Source: Candidatus Saccharimonadales bacterium (GTDB taxonomy: Bacteria; Patescibacteriota; UBA1384; 2-12-FULL-50-11). Taken from it: a DNA stretch of 55,080 nt. Position 1 is the stretch's first letter. Each line of letters opens with the position of its first letter. The translations under genes and the position numbers were made by a program. Shown piece after piece: positions 46,752 to 55,080 of the stretch. Where the stretch lies: the NCBI GenBank assembly GCA_035480235.1, contig DATIHX010000011.1, forward strand, positions 66,146 through 121,225, read 5' to 3'. A model generated the notes under the pieces. That model ran no database searches, was not told the origin of the DNA, and was given only the letters and a program-made list of their open reading frames with translations.

Positions 46752-46825
46752 TGGAGGCCACGACCGGAGTCGAACCGGTCTACGCGGTTTTGCAGACCGC
46801 TACCTAACCGCTCGGTCACGTGGCC
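46752..46825 (-). tRNA. tRNA-Cys (anticodon GCA), CCA encoded
   Basis: Acceptor GGCCACG/CGTGGCC, anticodon loop CTGCAAA, T-loop TTCGACT, discriminator U followed by CCA. Confidence 0.9.
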
Positions 46826-46934
46826 ATACCGTAATAGTATACCTGTAGTTAGGGCGAAAAACGAGCGCTTTGTCAGTTGAAATGGAGAGGATTTGGCTGA
46901 AGGCGGCAGTAAACCGAAGAAATCAGACCAGCTC

Positions 46935-46982
46935 GCGAGAGACGGGAATACTTCACTCCGTTACGTGTTCCCGAACTCTCGC
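46935..46982 (-). pseudogene. tRNA-Gly-derived minihelix / partial tRNA-Gly duplicate
   Basis: The minus strand reads GCGAGAG-TTC-GGGAACAC-13 nt-GTATTCCC-GT-CTCTCGC. The 5' 7 nt and 3' 15 nt are identical to the acceptor/T-arm of the adjacent tRNA-Gly. Confidence 0.45.
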
Positions 46983-47020
46983 TCACATGACAAAACCACC
47001 CGGAGGGTGACTGTCATGTG

Positions 47021-47091
47021 AGCGAGAGACGGGAATCGAACCCGCGTATCTTGATTGGCAACCAAGCGTACTACCATTGTACTACTCTCGC
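47021..47091 (-). tRNA. tRNA-Gly (anticodon GCC)
   Basis: Acceptor GCGAGAG/CTCTCGC, anticodon loop TTGCCAA, T-loop TTCGATT. No encoded CCA. Confidence 0.9.
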
Positions 47092-47152
47092 AGTTGTTCT
47101 GAATTATTATACCTGCTTGGCGTTCTTGTGAAAAGGCGCTGGCTCGGTTAGG

Positions 47153-47473
47153 ATGACCTCAAGAATGAGCAAGAAAAAGAAAAGCCGGTTGAACAAAATG
47201 CTCAAAGCCCAGCAACTGCAGCAAATTAGCGCTGGGCAGGTTTTGCCAGTTTCGCCGACGACTCCCGCCCCAATGGCCGTTATGACAATCGCTGCTAACC
47301 CCGTCGTCCGACCCGCCGACCGCCACCTCAGCCGGGAGATTCTCCGGACGTTGATTAGTTTGTTGGTTGTCGCCGCGCTGCTGTTTACGGCCGTCATCGT
47401 CGACCGGCGAACTAATTTATTTACGACTTTTGGGGCTTGGCTGTTCCAGGCCCTGCGGCTAGCTAATAAGTGA
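47153..47473 (+). CDS. Small basic protein with one C-terminal TM helix, hypothetical
   Basis: 106 aa. Preferred over the overlapping minus-strand ORF 47107-47397, whose translation looks non-protein-like. Confidence 0.4.
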   Translation: MTSRMSKKKKSRLNKMLKAQQLQQISAGQVLPVSPTTPAPMAVMTIAANPVVRPADRHLSREILRTLISLLVVAALLFTAVIVDRRTNLFTTFGAWLFQALRLANK

Positions 47474-47475
47474 GG

Positions 47476-49002
47476 CTAATCGCTCTCGCTAAAGCGGTAG
47501 CGGATAGCTTCAGCCACTTCTGGCGCGCCGATCACTGCCTGGCCGTTCAAGTCGGCGATGGTCCGGGCGGTTTTTAAAAGCTTATGAAACGACCGGCCGC
47601 TCATCACGAATTTTGCCGCTGCTTGCTCGATTAATTGGTCGGCGGCGGCGTCGGTAACACAAATTTCGGCGATTTTCCGGCCTTTCAGGGCGCTATTTAA
47701 CCGGCCGCTGTTACGTTTTTTCTGGAGTTTTTGGGATTCGGCGATCGCCAAACGCAACGCCGTTAATTCTGCGACATCGGCCTTGTTGGCTTTCAGCTCA
47801 CCCAAAGTTACCGCCGGCACTTTCAGGAATAAGTCGATTCGGTCCAGAATCGGACCGCTGATTTTTTTGCGATATTGATTAATTTGGTGGAGGCTGCAGA
47901 CGCAGTCTTTTTGGCTGGAGCCCAGCCAGCCGCACGGGCAGGGATTCATGGTGGCCACCAGCAAAAAATCGGCCGGGTAGGAAACGGCGCTATGAATGCG
48001 CGAGACGTGAATTTGGTTATCCTCGAGTGGTTGGCGCAGCCCTTCTAAAACTGACCGCTGAAACTCCGGCAATTCATCCAGAAACAAGACGCCGCGGTGG
48101 GCCAGGGAAATTTCGCCAGGGCGCGGGCTGGTGCCGCCGCCGACGATGGCGATTTGGCTAGCGGTGTGATGGGGGCTACGAAACGGCCGGCTCAAAGTTT
48201 CGAGCGGTTGGTGGTGGGCGATACGGCCGGCGACGCTGTGAAGTTTGACCACTTCGATCAGTTCGTCGGCACCGAGCGGCGGCAAGAGCGCCCGCAGTCC
48301 GCGGGCCAGCAGAGTTTTGCCGGCGCCCGGCGGCCCTTCTAGCAATAAATTGTGGCCGCCGGCCGCGGCGATTAAAGCCGCCCGTTTGGCTTGGGCTTGG
48401 CCCTGAATTTGCAACCAGTCGGCGTCCAGCTCGCTGTCGGTTTTGGCTTTTTTACTTGCCGCCGGAGCGTCGAATAAGGCGCCGCCAACGGCGCTGATGG
48501 CTTCAACTAAAGTTGTGACCGGCGTTAGTTCGATATTCTTGATTAAGGCCGCTTCGTGGTAATTGGCCGCCGGCAAAATCACCTTTCGGTAGCCGTTTTT
48601 GGCCGCCCATTCCACTAAACTCAAAGTGCCGGTGATGGCCTGGAGGCCGCCGTCCAGCGACAAACCGCCAATAATCAGCGTGTTCTTAAAGGCTTCATTC
48701 GATTCAAGCTGATCGTCGGCTAGCAAAATGCCCAGCGCGATCGGCAAGTCGAAATGGACGCCGGATTTTTTCTTTTCGCTAGGTGCCAAGTTGACGGTGA
48801 TTCTTGACAGCGGAAATTGGTAGCCCGAGTGTTTAATGGCCGAGCGAACCCGTTCGCGCGATTCCTCTACTGCTTTGTCGGCCAGGCCGACCATCACAAA
48901 ACCCGGCAAGCCGGTGGCGACGTCCACTTCCACCATCACCGGTTCGGCGGTGATACCGTCAACGACGGCCGAGGGGAGTTTAGCCAGTGACATCCTCCCC
49001 AA
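47476..49002 (-). CDS. YifB/ComM-family Mg-chelatase-like AAA+ ATPase
   Basis: 508 aa. Lon-protease-like N-domain, GPPGAGKT Walker A, VLFLDELPEF Walker B, Cys cluster CPCGW...CVC. Confidence 0.92.
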   Translation of the reverse strand: MGRMSLAKLPSAVVDGITAEPVMVEVDVATGLPGFVMVGLADKAVEESRERVRSAIKHSGYQFPLSRITVNLAPSEKKKSGVHFDLPIALGILLADDQLESNEAFKNTLIIGGLSLDGGLQAITGTLSLVEWAAKNGYRKVILPAANYHEAALIKNIELTPVTTLVEAISAVGGALFDAPAASKKAKTDSELDADWLQIQGQAQAKRAALIAAAGGHNLLLEGPPGAGKTLLARGLRALLPPLGADELIEVVKLHSVAGRIAHHQPLETLSRPFRSPHHTASQIAIVGGGTSPRPGEISLAHRGVLFLDELPEFQRSVLEGLRQPLEDNQIHVSRIHSAVSYPADFLLVATMNPCPCGWLGSSQKDCVCSLHQINQYRKKISGPILDRIDLFLKVPAVTLGELKANKADVAELTALRLAIAESQKLQKKRNSGRLNSALKGRKIAEICVTDAAADQLIEQAAAKFVMSGRSFHKLLKTARTIADLNGQAVIGAPEVAEAIRYRFSESD

Positions 49003-49049
49003 AACCTAACCCTCTTTAGCTAATTTGTAAACTTTTCCAAATCAACCGT

Positions 49050-49709
49050 TCACGGGCCGAAAATTAAGACCGAAAAACCAAATAAGCAAACGATAATCAC
49101 CGCCCAGCCCAAAATAATAATTGGTAGGCGCCGGCCGAGAACCGCCAGAACGGTGCCGGCCAAATAGGTAACAGCCAGCAATAAAAGCGTAATAATATTC
49201 GGCCCGCTGGTGGGCAGCGGCGCGGTGCCGGCGGCGTTTAAGGAAAAATTACTACTTAACGCACCCAGCACCGCCACCACTAGCCCGAAAGTGAGCGATA
49301 GCGCCACCGCTGTTTGGGTTCGGCCGGCGAGGCCGGCGGTTGGCTGAAGAACGCTATGTTTGACTTGCCACTCGGCCAATAAAGCCAGCTGCCCTTTCGG
49401 GTAAAAGACGCCGCCGCACTCGGTGCAGTGCCAGCTTCGGCCACCGGCTGGGCCGCGAGCGTCGTCTTCTTCCAGCATCGTCCCATCAGTTGGACAGGCC
49501 ATATTAAAAGCTTTGAGGCTGTAATTAAATTGTGGCGTGTCGTAGTGGTTCAAAGCAGCGGCGTCTAGCGCTTCAGCCGGCTGCCGAGCCAACCAAAAAC
49601 CGCCGCACTGCATGCAGTGGTAGCTAGTTAAGCTGCCGCCGTTTTGCGTTTGCAAACCAACCGCCTCAAAACCGCCGCCGCAATACGGGCACTTCAAAAT
49701 CCCCTCCAA
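49050..49709 (-). CDS. Membrane protein with two N-terminal zinc-ribbon modules
   Basis: CPYCGG...CMQCGGFW and CPTDG...CTECGGVF, then 3 TM helices. The likely true start is the TTG at 49697, which is preceded by GGAGGGG. Confidence 0.6.
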   Translation of the reverse strand: MEGILKCPYCGGGFEAVGLQTQNGGSLTSYHCMQCGGFWLARQPAEALDAAALNHYDTPQFNYSLKAFNMACPTDGTMLEEDDARGPAGGRSWHCTECGGVFYPKGQLALLAEWQVKHSVLQPTAGLAGRTQTAVALSLTFGLVVAVLGALSSNFSLNAAGTAPLPTSGPNIITLLLLAVTYLAGTVLAVLGRRLPIIILGWAVIIVCLFGFSVLIFGP

Positions 49710-49852
49710 TCCATGCCTTTACTGTAGCGAAATCTACTTGACAATCAAGGAAAAACAGCGATAATGAGGTTGTTTGGAAGTGGCTAGTTGCTCATATGCA
49801 ACGGTCCTTTGGTCGCAGATCCTCCTCCCTGGCGCGGCTCACTGCCGCGCCT

Positions 49853-50605
49853 TTACTTACCCAAAAATTCTTGAACTTTTTGCTCAGCCTCTGTTGAGCT
49901 TTTGATTAAAAAAGGCGAATTATGATGCCGCCACCAGGTCAGTTGCCGGCGGATATAAGCCCGGCTGGCCGCTTGAAATTGGCTGATCGCCGCCTCACGG
50001 CTCAACTCGCCCGCAATGCTTTTTAATGCATAGCGGTAATCCAGTCCGATGGCGTCTACCCAGTCAGCCGAAACGCCGCTCACCAGCAAATGCTTGGTTT
50101 CAGCCACAACCGCGTCAAAAACCCGAACAAACCGCTCGTCGGAATTTTCATATAATACTTCGCGTTCAACGTTGGTTTGCAAAACCAAACTCTCAAAATC
50201 CACCGGCTTTTTTGTCTTCGCGCCGCGCCCTTGCCCGGGTTCGTAACCTTCCAGTAGCGCCGTCACGTACAAGCCCGTCCCACCAACAATAATTGGCAAC
50301 TGCCCATTCTGCCATATGCGTTCAAGCGCATACCGTGTAGTCACCAGCCAATCGTTCAAAGTGAAGCGCTCTCCGGGTTCGGCGACGTCAACCAACAGTT
50401 GCGCAACGCCATCAACCATTCGAGCGGGCAGATTATTCCACTCACCAGCCACCCCCTCTTTATTGGTGCCCACACCTAAACCGCGGTAGACTTGCCGCGA
50501 GTCGGCGCTAATCAAAACGCCGTTAAACTTTTTGGCCAATTTCACCGCCAGCGCCGTCTTGCCGCTGCCGGTCGGGCCAACAACGGCGATGAGTTTCTTG
50601 CTCAC
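49853..50605 (-). CDS. miaA: tRNA dimethylallyltransferase MiaA (short form)
   Basis: 250 aa. GPTGSGKTALAVKLA, ISADSRQVYRGLGVGTNK, IVGGTGLY. Confidence 0.9.
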   Translation of the reverse strand: MSKKLIAVVGPTGSGKTALAVKLAKKFNGVLISADSRQVYRGLGVGTNKEGVAGEWNNLPARMVDGVAQLLVDVAEPGERFTLNDWLVTTRYALERIWQNGQLPIIVGGTGLYVTALLEGYEPGQGRGAKTKKPVDFESLVLQTNVEREVLYENSDERFVRVFDAVVAETKHLLVSGVSADWVDAIGLDYRYALKSIAGELSREAAISQFQAASRAYIRRQLTWWRHHNSPFLIKSSTEAEQKVQEFLGK

Positions 50606-50641
50606 AGCGCCCCAATCCGGTATTTTGCGAATTGTAACTTC

Positions 50642-51358
50642 ATGCTCTCAATTAAAAATCTCACCAAAACATTTTACCAGGGACCGGCGGAAAAAACTGT
50701 CTTGAGCGGCATTTCTTTCGTTGTCAAAAGGGGCCAAGTTTTCGGCTTTTTGGGCCTGAACGGCGAGGGCAAAACCACCACTGTCAAAATCATCGGCTCG
50801 CTGTTATTTGCTGATAAAGGCGCTGTCAAAATTGGCCAATTCGACCACACTTCGGCCGATGCGAAGCAGCTAATGGGCTTCATGCCGGAAACTCCGCAAT
50901 TTCACACCCACTTAACGGCCACGGAAGTTTTGCGTTACGCCGGTGAACTGTTTGGGCTAGAGAAGCCTGTCCTCGACCAACGAATTCCGGCGCTACTCGA
51001 AGATGTCGGACTAAGCGAAGCGGCCGATCGGCGGGTTAAAACATTCTCTAAGGGCATGGCCCAACGTTTGGGTTTTGCCGCCGCCTTAATTAACGAGCCG
51101 CCATTGTTGGTGCTTGATGAACCGCTGGACGGCCTCGATCCGCTCGGCCGATTGGATTTCAAAAAACTGATCTCACGCTTGAAAAAACAAGGTACCACGG
51201 TCTTTTTTAGCACCCATATTTTAAGCGACGTCGAAGAAATTTGTGACGAAGTAGCAATTCTCCATAACGGTAAAATTATCGCCCAAGGCAGCCCGAAAAA
51301 ATTAACCAGCGCCAAAAAAACCTTAGAAGAAACTTTTGTGGAGCTGGTGAAACGATGA
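50642..51358 (+). CDS. ABC-2-type transporter ATP-binding protein
   Basis: Start at MLSIKNLTKTF. The ORF-track extension to 50492 is antisense to miaA. GLNGEGKTT, FSKGMAQR, LLVLDEPLDGLD. Confidence 0.9.
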   Translation: MLSIKNLTKTFYQGPAEKTVLSGISFVVKRGQVFGFLGLNGEGKTTTVKIIGSLLFADKGAVKIGQFDHTSADAKQLMGFMPETPQFHTHLTATEVLRYAGELFGLEKPVLDQRIPALLEDVGLSEAADRRVKTFSKGMAQRLGFAAALINEPPLLVLDEPLDGLDPLGRLDFKKLISRLKKQGTTVFFSTHILSDVEEICDEVAILHNGKIIAQGSPKKLTSAKKTLEETFVELVKR

Positions 51359-52116
51359 AGAAAATCTGGGCGGTCGCTAAAAATACTTTTAAAGAAACCG
51401 TTCGCGACAAGTTGCTTTACGCCTTGCTCGGATTTGCTGTTTTAGTGATCGCCGGTAGCTTGCTGGCCGGCTCGGTTTCGCTCGGTCAAGACCAGCGGGT
51501 GATCGAGGATTTTTCGCTCACCGCCATGCTGGTTTTTTTACTGATTATCACTCTTTTTATCGGCACTCAGTTGGTTAGGCGCGAAGTGGAGCGCAAAACT
51601 ATTTATTTATCGCTGACCAAACCGATCAGTCGCGACCAATTTTATTTGGGTAAATTCGTCGGGCTGTGCTTGACTAGCGCCGTCTCGGCGGTGGTGATGG
51701 GCACCATTTTCCTCATCGTGCTGTATCTCAAAACCAAAAGTTTTGAATGGGTGGCGCTTTGGGCGATCGGAGCATTAATTTTGGAAATTTGGTTGTTAAC
51801 GGCGGTGAGTTTACTCTTTAGTAGTTTTGCCGCGCCAATTGCCAGCGCCATTTACACCTTCGGGTTAGTACTCGTCGGCCATTCCAGCCTCACGATTTGG
51901 TCAATCGCCCAAAAAAGCGGCGGTTTTTTGAAGGGGACTTTGGAGGCCGTTTATTACGTTTTTCCAAATTTGGAAAAATTTAATTTACGTAACGAAGTAG
52001 TCTACCACCTTCACCCCAACCCAACTCAAACAGTGGCAATTATACTTTATTTCGTCGGCTACACGGTTGCAGTGCTGTTGCTGGGAATGAGCGTTTTCCG
52101 CCGCCATGAGTTTTGA
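51355..52116 (+). CDS. ABC-2 family permease (NosY-like)
   Basis: 253 aa, 6 TM helices. 4-nt overlap with the ATPase gene. Confidence 0.75.
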   Translation: MKKIWAVAKNTFKETVRDKLLYALLGFAVLVIAGSLLAGSVSLGQDQRVIEDFSLTAMLVFLLIITLFIGTQLVRREVERKTIYLSLTKPISRDQFYLGKFVGLCLTSAVSAVVMGTIFLIVLYLKTKSFEWVALWAIGALILEIWLLTAVSLLFSSFAAPIASAIYTFGLVLVGHSSLTIWSIAQKSGGFLKGTLEAVYYVFPNLEKFNLRNEVVYHLHPNPTQTVAIILYFVGYTVAVLLLGMSVFRRHEF

Positions 52117-52969
52117 GTGGGGCGAAAGCTTCAAAGATCTATGGCCACGTTTCGCGCCGCTACTGCTGCTAGCGGCCTTGGCTTTAGCCTATTTCGGCCA
52201 GCTTCGCTACGACACCTGGCGGTTTTTCGATACCCCGACCGTCCAAGATAGCTTTAATAATTTCATCGAGCCGGAGCCGCTCAAAAGCCCAACGGCCAAA
52301 GCCGCCAGCCTCGGCGCCACCAACTTTCTGAGCGACATTTACTGGCTGGAACTCATTCAATATTACGGCGGCGGCGACCCGTACGGCACCTACCGCCAGT
52401 TGCCAGCGCTCTACCAAACCATTACCGACTTGTCGCCGAAATTCCTAGCGGCCTACCAAAGCGGGCTATTAGTTTTGCCCCAAGAAAAATTTACCGATCA
52501 AGCCATCGCACTCGGCGAGAAGGGCCAGCAAAATTTACCGAAAAGCTGGGAGATTCCCTATTACGAAGGGCTGGTCTACCACGTGGATAAAAAAGACTAT
52601 TTAAGCGCCGCCCGGCAGTTCCAAATCGCCGCCGCTAAACCCGGCGCCCCTGCCATCACCAAATATTTTGCCGGCCTTTATTATAAAGAAGCCGGTTCGC
52701 GCCAAACCGCCTACGTTATTTTCCAGACGGTTTACCAAACCACCACCGACCCGTTCGTTAAAGACCGCGCCCAAAAACAAATCGGCCACCTAGGCGGCCT
52801 CTTCGCTTTGCAAGACGCCGTCAGCGCTTTTCAGCAAAAGCTTCACCGCAACCCAAAAAGTTTCGACGAATTAATCGCCGCCAAAATCATCCCCGCTCTG
52901 CCGGTTAGTCCGCTCGGGCTGAAATATACCTATGACGCGGTAACCGGCGCTGTCTCGGATACTAAGTGA
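52106..52969 (+). CDS. Hypothetical anchored protein with TPR-like helical repeats
   Basis: 287 aa. One N-terminal TM and a helical repeat character. Overlaps the permease stop by 11 nt. Confidence 0.5.
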   Translation: MSFEWGESFKDLWPRFAPLLLLAALALAYFGQLRYDTWRFFDTPTVQDSFNNFIEPEPLKSPTAKAASLGATNFLSDIYWLELIQYYGGGDPYGTYRQLPALYQTITDLSPKFLAAYQSGLLVLPQEKFTDQAIALGEKGQQNLPKSWEIPYYEGLVYHVDKKDYLSAARQFQIAAAKPGAPAITKYFAGLYYKEAGSRQTAYVIFQTVYQTTTDPFVKDRAQKQIGHLGGLFALQDAVSAFQQKLHRNPKSFDELIAAKIIPALPVSPLGLKYTYDAVTGAVSDTK

Positions 52970-53919
52970 GCGCTGACGTTGGTAAAGAGCCGCCAAATCG
53001 CTTTAGCCAGTTTTTTATGGTCGTGGTACAGCGGGTCGACCTCGCTAATGAAATCACCCGCCACGATTGGTACGTTGTTAATTACTGGCTCATCGGTTGA
53101 GATATTGCGGACCGAACCGAGCTTACCTTCCTTTACCGATTGGGCGATAATTCGGTTATTAACCAACGCCGCATCAAAATGAGCAGTGCCGATATAGCGT
53201 TGAAGCTCAGTGATATGGTCAGTAACGGTGTAATTTTCAGTCTCGCCGCGTTCGGTTGAAGCGTTACAAATATAGATTTTCATGGCAGACGACCCTTCAA
53301 AAGCTGCCCGAATATCCGAAATTAACAAGTTCGGCACGACGCTGGTGTAAAAACTACCCGGCCCGACGACGATTAAATCGGCCTGTTCGATGAAGCTAAC
53401 AGCCGTTGGGTTAGCCGCCACATTTTCCGGCAGAATGCCCACCCGACCAATGCCGAACCGGTGGCCCTGGATGGCCGTCTCCACTTCGCCGAGCGCCTGT
53501 TGGCCGTTTTTCAAGGTGGCAATTAAATTAACGTGCTCGAGGGTGGACGGAATGACCTGGCCTTTAATCGATAAAATTTTACTGGAGGCTTGAATCGCCC
53601 GCTCGAAATCCCCGGTAATATCGGCCAAAGCCAGCAACAGTAAATTACCCAGCGAGTGGCCGGAGAGCCCGAAGCCTTTCTGAAAGCGGTACTCAAAAAG
53701 TTTGGTTAATAGCTGTTCGTCGCTAGCCAGGGCCGCCAAGCATTTCCGGACATCACCCGGCGGTAAAGTACCAAGCTGCCGCGAGAGCTGGCCGCTACTG
53801 CGGCCGTTATCGGTCATCGTCACAATGCCGGAAAGCGAAACGGGGAAGTCTTTGAGGCCGCGCAACACGGTGGCCAACCCGCTCCCCCCGCCAATCGCCA
53901 CGACCTTGGGTTTGTCCAT
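52930..53919 (-). CDS. yvcK: YvcK/CofD-family gluconeogenesis/cell-shape factor (UPF0052)
   Basis: 329 aa. VVAIGGGSGLATVLRGLK, GHSLGNLLL, VVGPGSFYTSVVPNLL. Confidence 0.9.
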   Translation of the reverse strand: MDKPKVVAIGGGSGLATVLRGLKDFPVSLSGIVTMTDNGRSSGQLSRQLGTLPPGDVRKCLAALASDEQLLTKLFEYRFQKGFGLSGHSLGNLLLLALADITGDFERAIQASSKILSIKGQVIPSTLEHVNLIATLKNGQQALGEVETAIQGHRFGIGRVGILPENVAANPTAVSFIEQADLIVVGPGSFYTSVVPNLLISDIRAAFEGSSAMKIYICNASTERGETENYTVTDHITELQRYIGTAHFDAALVNNRIIAQSVKEGKLGSVRNISTDEPVINNVPIVAGDFISEVDPLYHDHKKLAKAIWRLFTNVSAHLVSETAPVTAS

Positions 53920-53952
53920 ATTACGAAATGAGCTCTGGAGTGAAAAATTCCA

Positions 53953-54456
53953 TCACGGCGCCAGCGGAAATTGATAATCACTCGGTTGGCCGCCGCCCGG
54001 CAACTGCCACGGCGTCACCTGAAACTGGTCGATCGCTTGGGTGGTTTTGCTACTGATGGTGGCTACCGCCGAAATTCTGACCAGCCCCAAGTTATGAAAA
54101 TCGGCAATCGTGACGTTAAAACTTAGCCGGCCGCTGGCACCGGCCGCCAATTGAAAAGTACCGGTGTTATTGGTTGAGCCGTCCGGGTACTGGGTAACCA
54201 CGTCGAGTTGGGCGCCGGGCAGGGTGGCCACTGTCACCGTTTCGGTTTGGCCCAGGTGGACTTGCGGGGCGTTAAAACTGATTTTCAGCGGAAAATCCGG
54301 CGACGTTTCAGCGTTTTGGCTAGCCAATGCCACCGCTTGAGCGTTTAAAACCAGCGGTGCCTGGGCGACCAAACCGTGCCAGCGCAAACCGAGCGCTGTT
54401 AACACAACAGCCACAGCCGTAAAAGCGGTATTACGAATCATTTTCCACATAAACAT
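53953..54456 (-). CDS. Hypothetical secreted protein
   Basis: 167 aa. Signal/anchor sequence, then a beta-rich sequence. Confidence 0.5.
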   Translation of the reverse strand: MFMWKMIRNTAFTAVAVVLTALGLRWHGLVAQAPLVLNAQAVALASQNAETSPDFPLKISFNAPQVHLGQTETVTVATLPGAQLDVVTQYPDGSTNNTGTFQLAAGASGRLSFNVTIADFHNLGLVRISAVATISSKTTQAIDQFQVTPWQLPGGGQPSDYQFPLAP

Positions 54457-54534
54457 TTCTTATTGTAGCGCACTGCCGCGTCTTGAAAAGCCGCCCGTTG
54501 CCGGGCCGGGCAAAGGCGGCTATAGTCAAAAAAC

Positions 54535-55080
54535 ATGACTGACGTGGTAATTATTGGCTCGGGGATCGCTGGCTTGTCGGCCTCGCTTTACGCCGCCCGC
54601 TACGAGTTATCGAGCGTGGTGATCGGCGACATTTTGGGCGGCGCTACTTCCAGCGCCTGGACGGTCGAGAATTACCCCGGTTTTGAAGCGATCGACGGCT
54701 ACGACTTGATCGTCAAGGTCAAAGACCAAGTGGAAAAACTCGGCGTCCAAATCGCCACCGATCGGGTGATCGATATCGCCAAAATGGCCGACCATTTTGA
54801 GCTGAAAACCGAAGCCGGCGAAACTCACCAAGCCAAAGCGGTGATTTTTGCGGTTGGGGCAGCGCGGCGGAAACTGAATTTGCCCAAAGAGGACGACTTT
54901 GCGATGGGCCGCGGCGTCCACTACTGCACCACTTGTGACGGCCCGCTTTATAAGGGCAAAACCATCGGGATTGTCGGCGGCGGCGACGCTTCGGTGAAGG
55001 GCTTGAACCTGGCCGTTCAGTACGCCGAAAAGATTTATTTAATTGTGATGACAGACAAGCTGACTGCCGAGCCGATCAAT
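54535..55080 (+). CDS. trxB: Thioredoxin-disulfide reductase, 3' truncated by the window edge
   Basis: Not in the ORF track because no stop is reached. The ATG at 54535 gives MTDVVIIGSGIAGLSASLYAAR (FAD GxGxxG), redox CTTCDG, and a second GGGDAS dinucleotide motif. Confidence 0.9.
   Translation, partial: MTDVVIIGSGIAGLSASLYAARYELSSVVIGDILGGATSSAWTVENYPGFEAIDGYDLIVKVKDQVEKLGVQIATDRVIDIAKMADHFELKTEAGETHQAKAVIFAVGAARRKLNLPKEDDFAMGRGVHYCTTCDGPLYKGKTIGIVGGGDASVKGLNLAVQYAEKIYLIVMTDKLTAEPIN

Noticed and set aside
47107-47397. 96-aa minus-strand ORF overlapping the 47153-47473 ORF.
   Set aside because: The translation is Cys/Arg-rich and non-protein-like. The + strand alternative has a coherent basic N-terminus and a TM helix.
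50492-50641. Upstream extension of the ABC ATPase ORF to 50492.
   Set aside because: The extension is antisense to the miaA 5' end and translates to Arg/Ala-rich junk. The conserved ABC N-terminus begins at the ATG at 50642.

Overview
Dense, mostly minus-strand bacterial chromosome segment. By eye it is roughly 50-55% GC, with several visibly AT-richer islets. Most of it is core housekeeping. This includes secA, serS, greA, the mreBCD-PBP2 elongasome, mltG, ruvX, an ftsA-like gene, alaS, secG, miaA, a yifB/comM-like ATPase, yvcK, trxB (3' truncated at the window edge), ftsEX, several ABC transporters and four tRNAs (Leu-GAG, Leu-CAG, Cys-GCA, Gly-GCC). Short versions of AlaRS (about 565 aa) and MiaA (250 aa), tight gene packing and many secreted or anchored hypothetical proteins suggest a reduced-genome lineage such as CPR/Patescibacteria. 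That assignment is inference only. No rRNA, CRISPR array or reverse transcriptase was seen. The most notable feature is a 5,455-bp IS1595-family element at 5257-10711. It has 25-bp terminal inverted repeats (23/25 identical) and a perfect 8-bp target-site duplication (CATTTCTG). Besides the transposase it carries an AT-rich cargo: a 974-aa secreted multidomain protein with a C-terminal HEMLH zincin motif, a translationally coupled 163-aa anchored protein, and a 180-aa anchored protein. Other points worth a second look: a partial tRNA-Gly duplication (minihelix) beside the real gene, and an XRE gene bracketed by a perfect 16-bp inverted repeat next to an unknown membrane protein. Also of note are two self-contained acidic hypothetical genes between ftsA and alaS, a (GGCT)5 repeat inside a lytic transglycosylase gene, and a candidate C-rich small RNA in the miaA-downstream gap. 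All family calls come from reading the translated ORFs for motifs. No searches were run.
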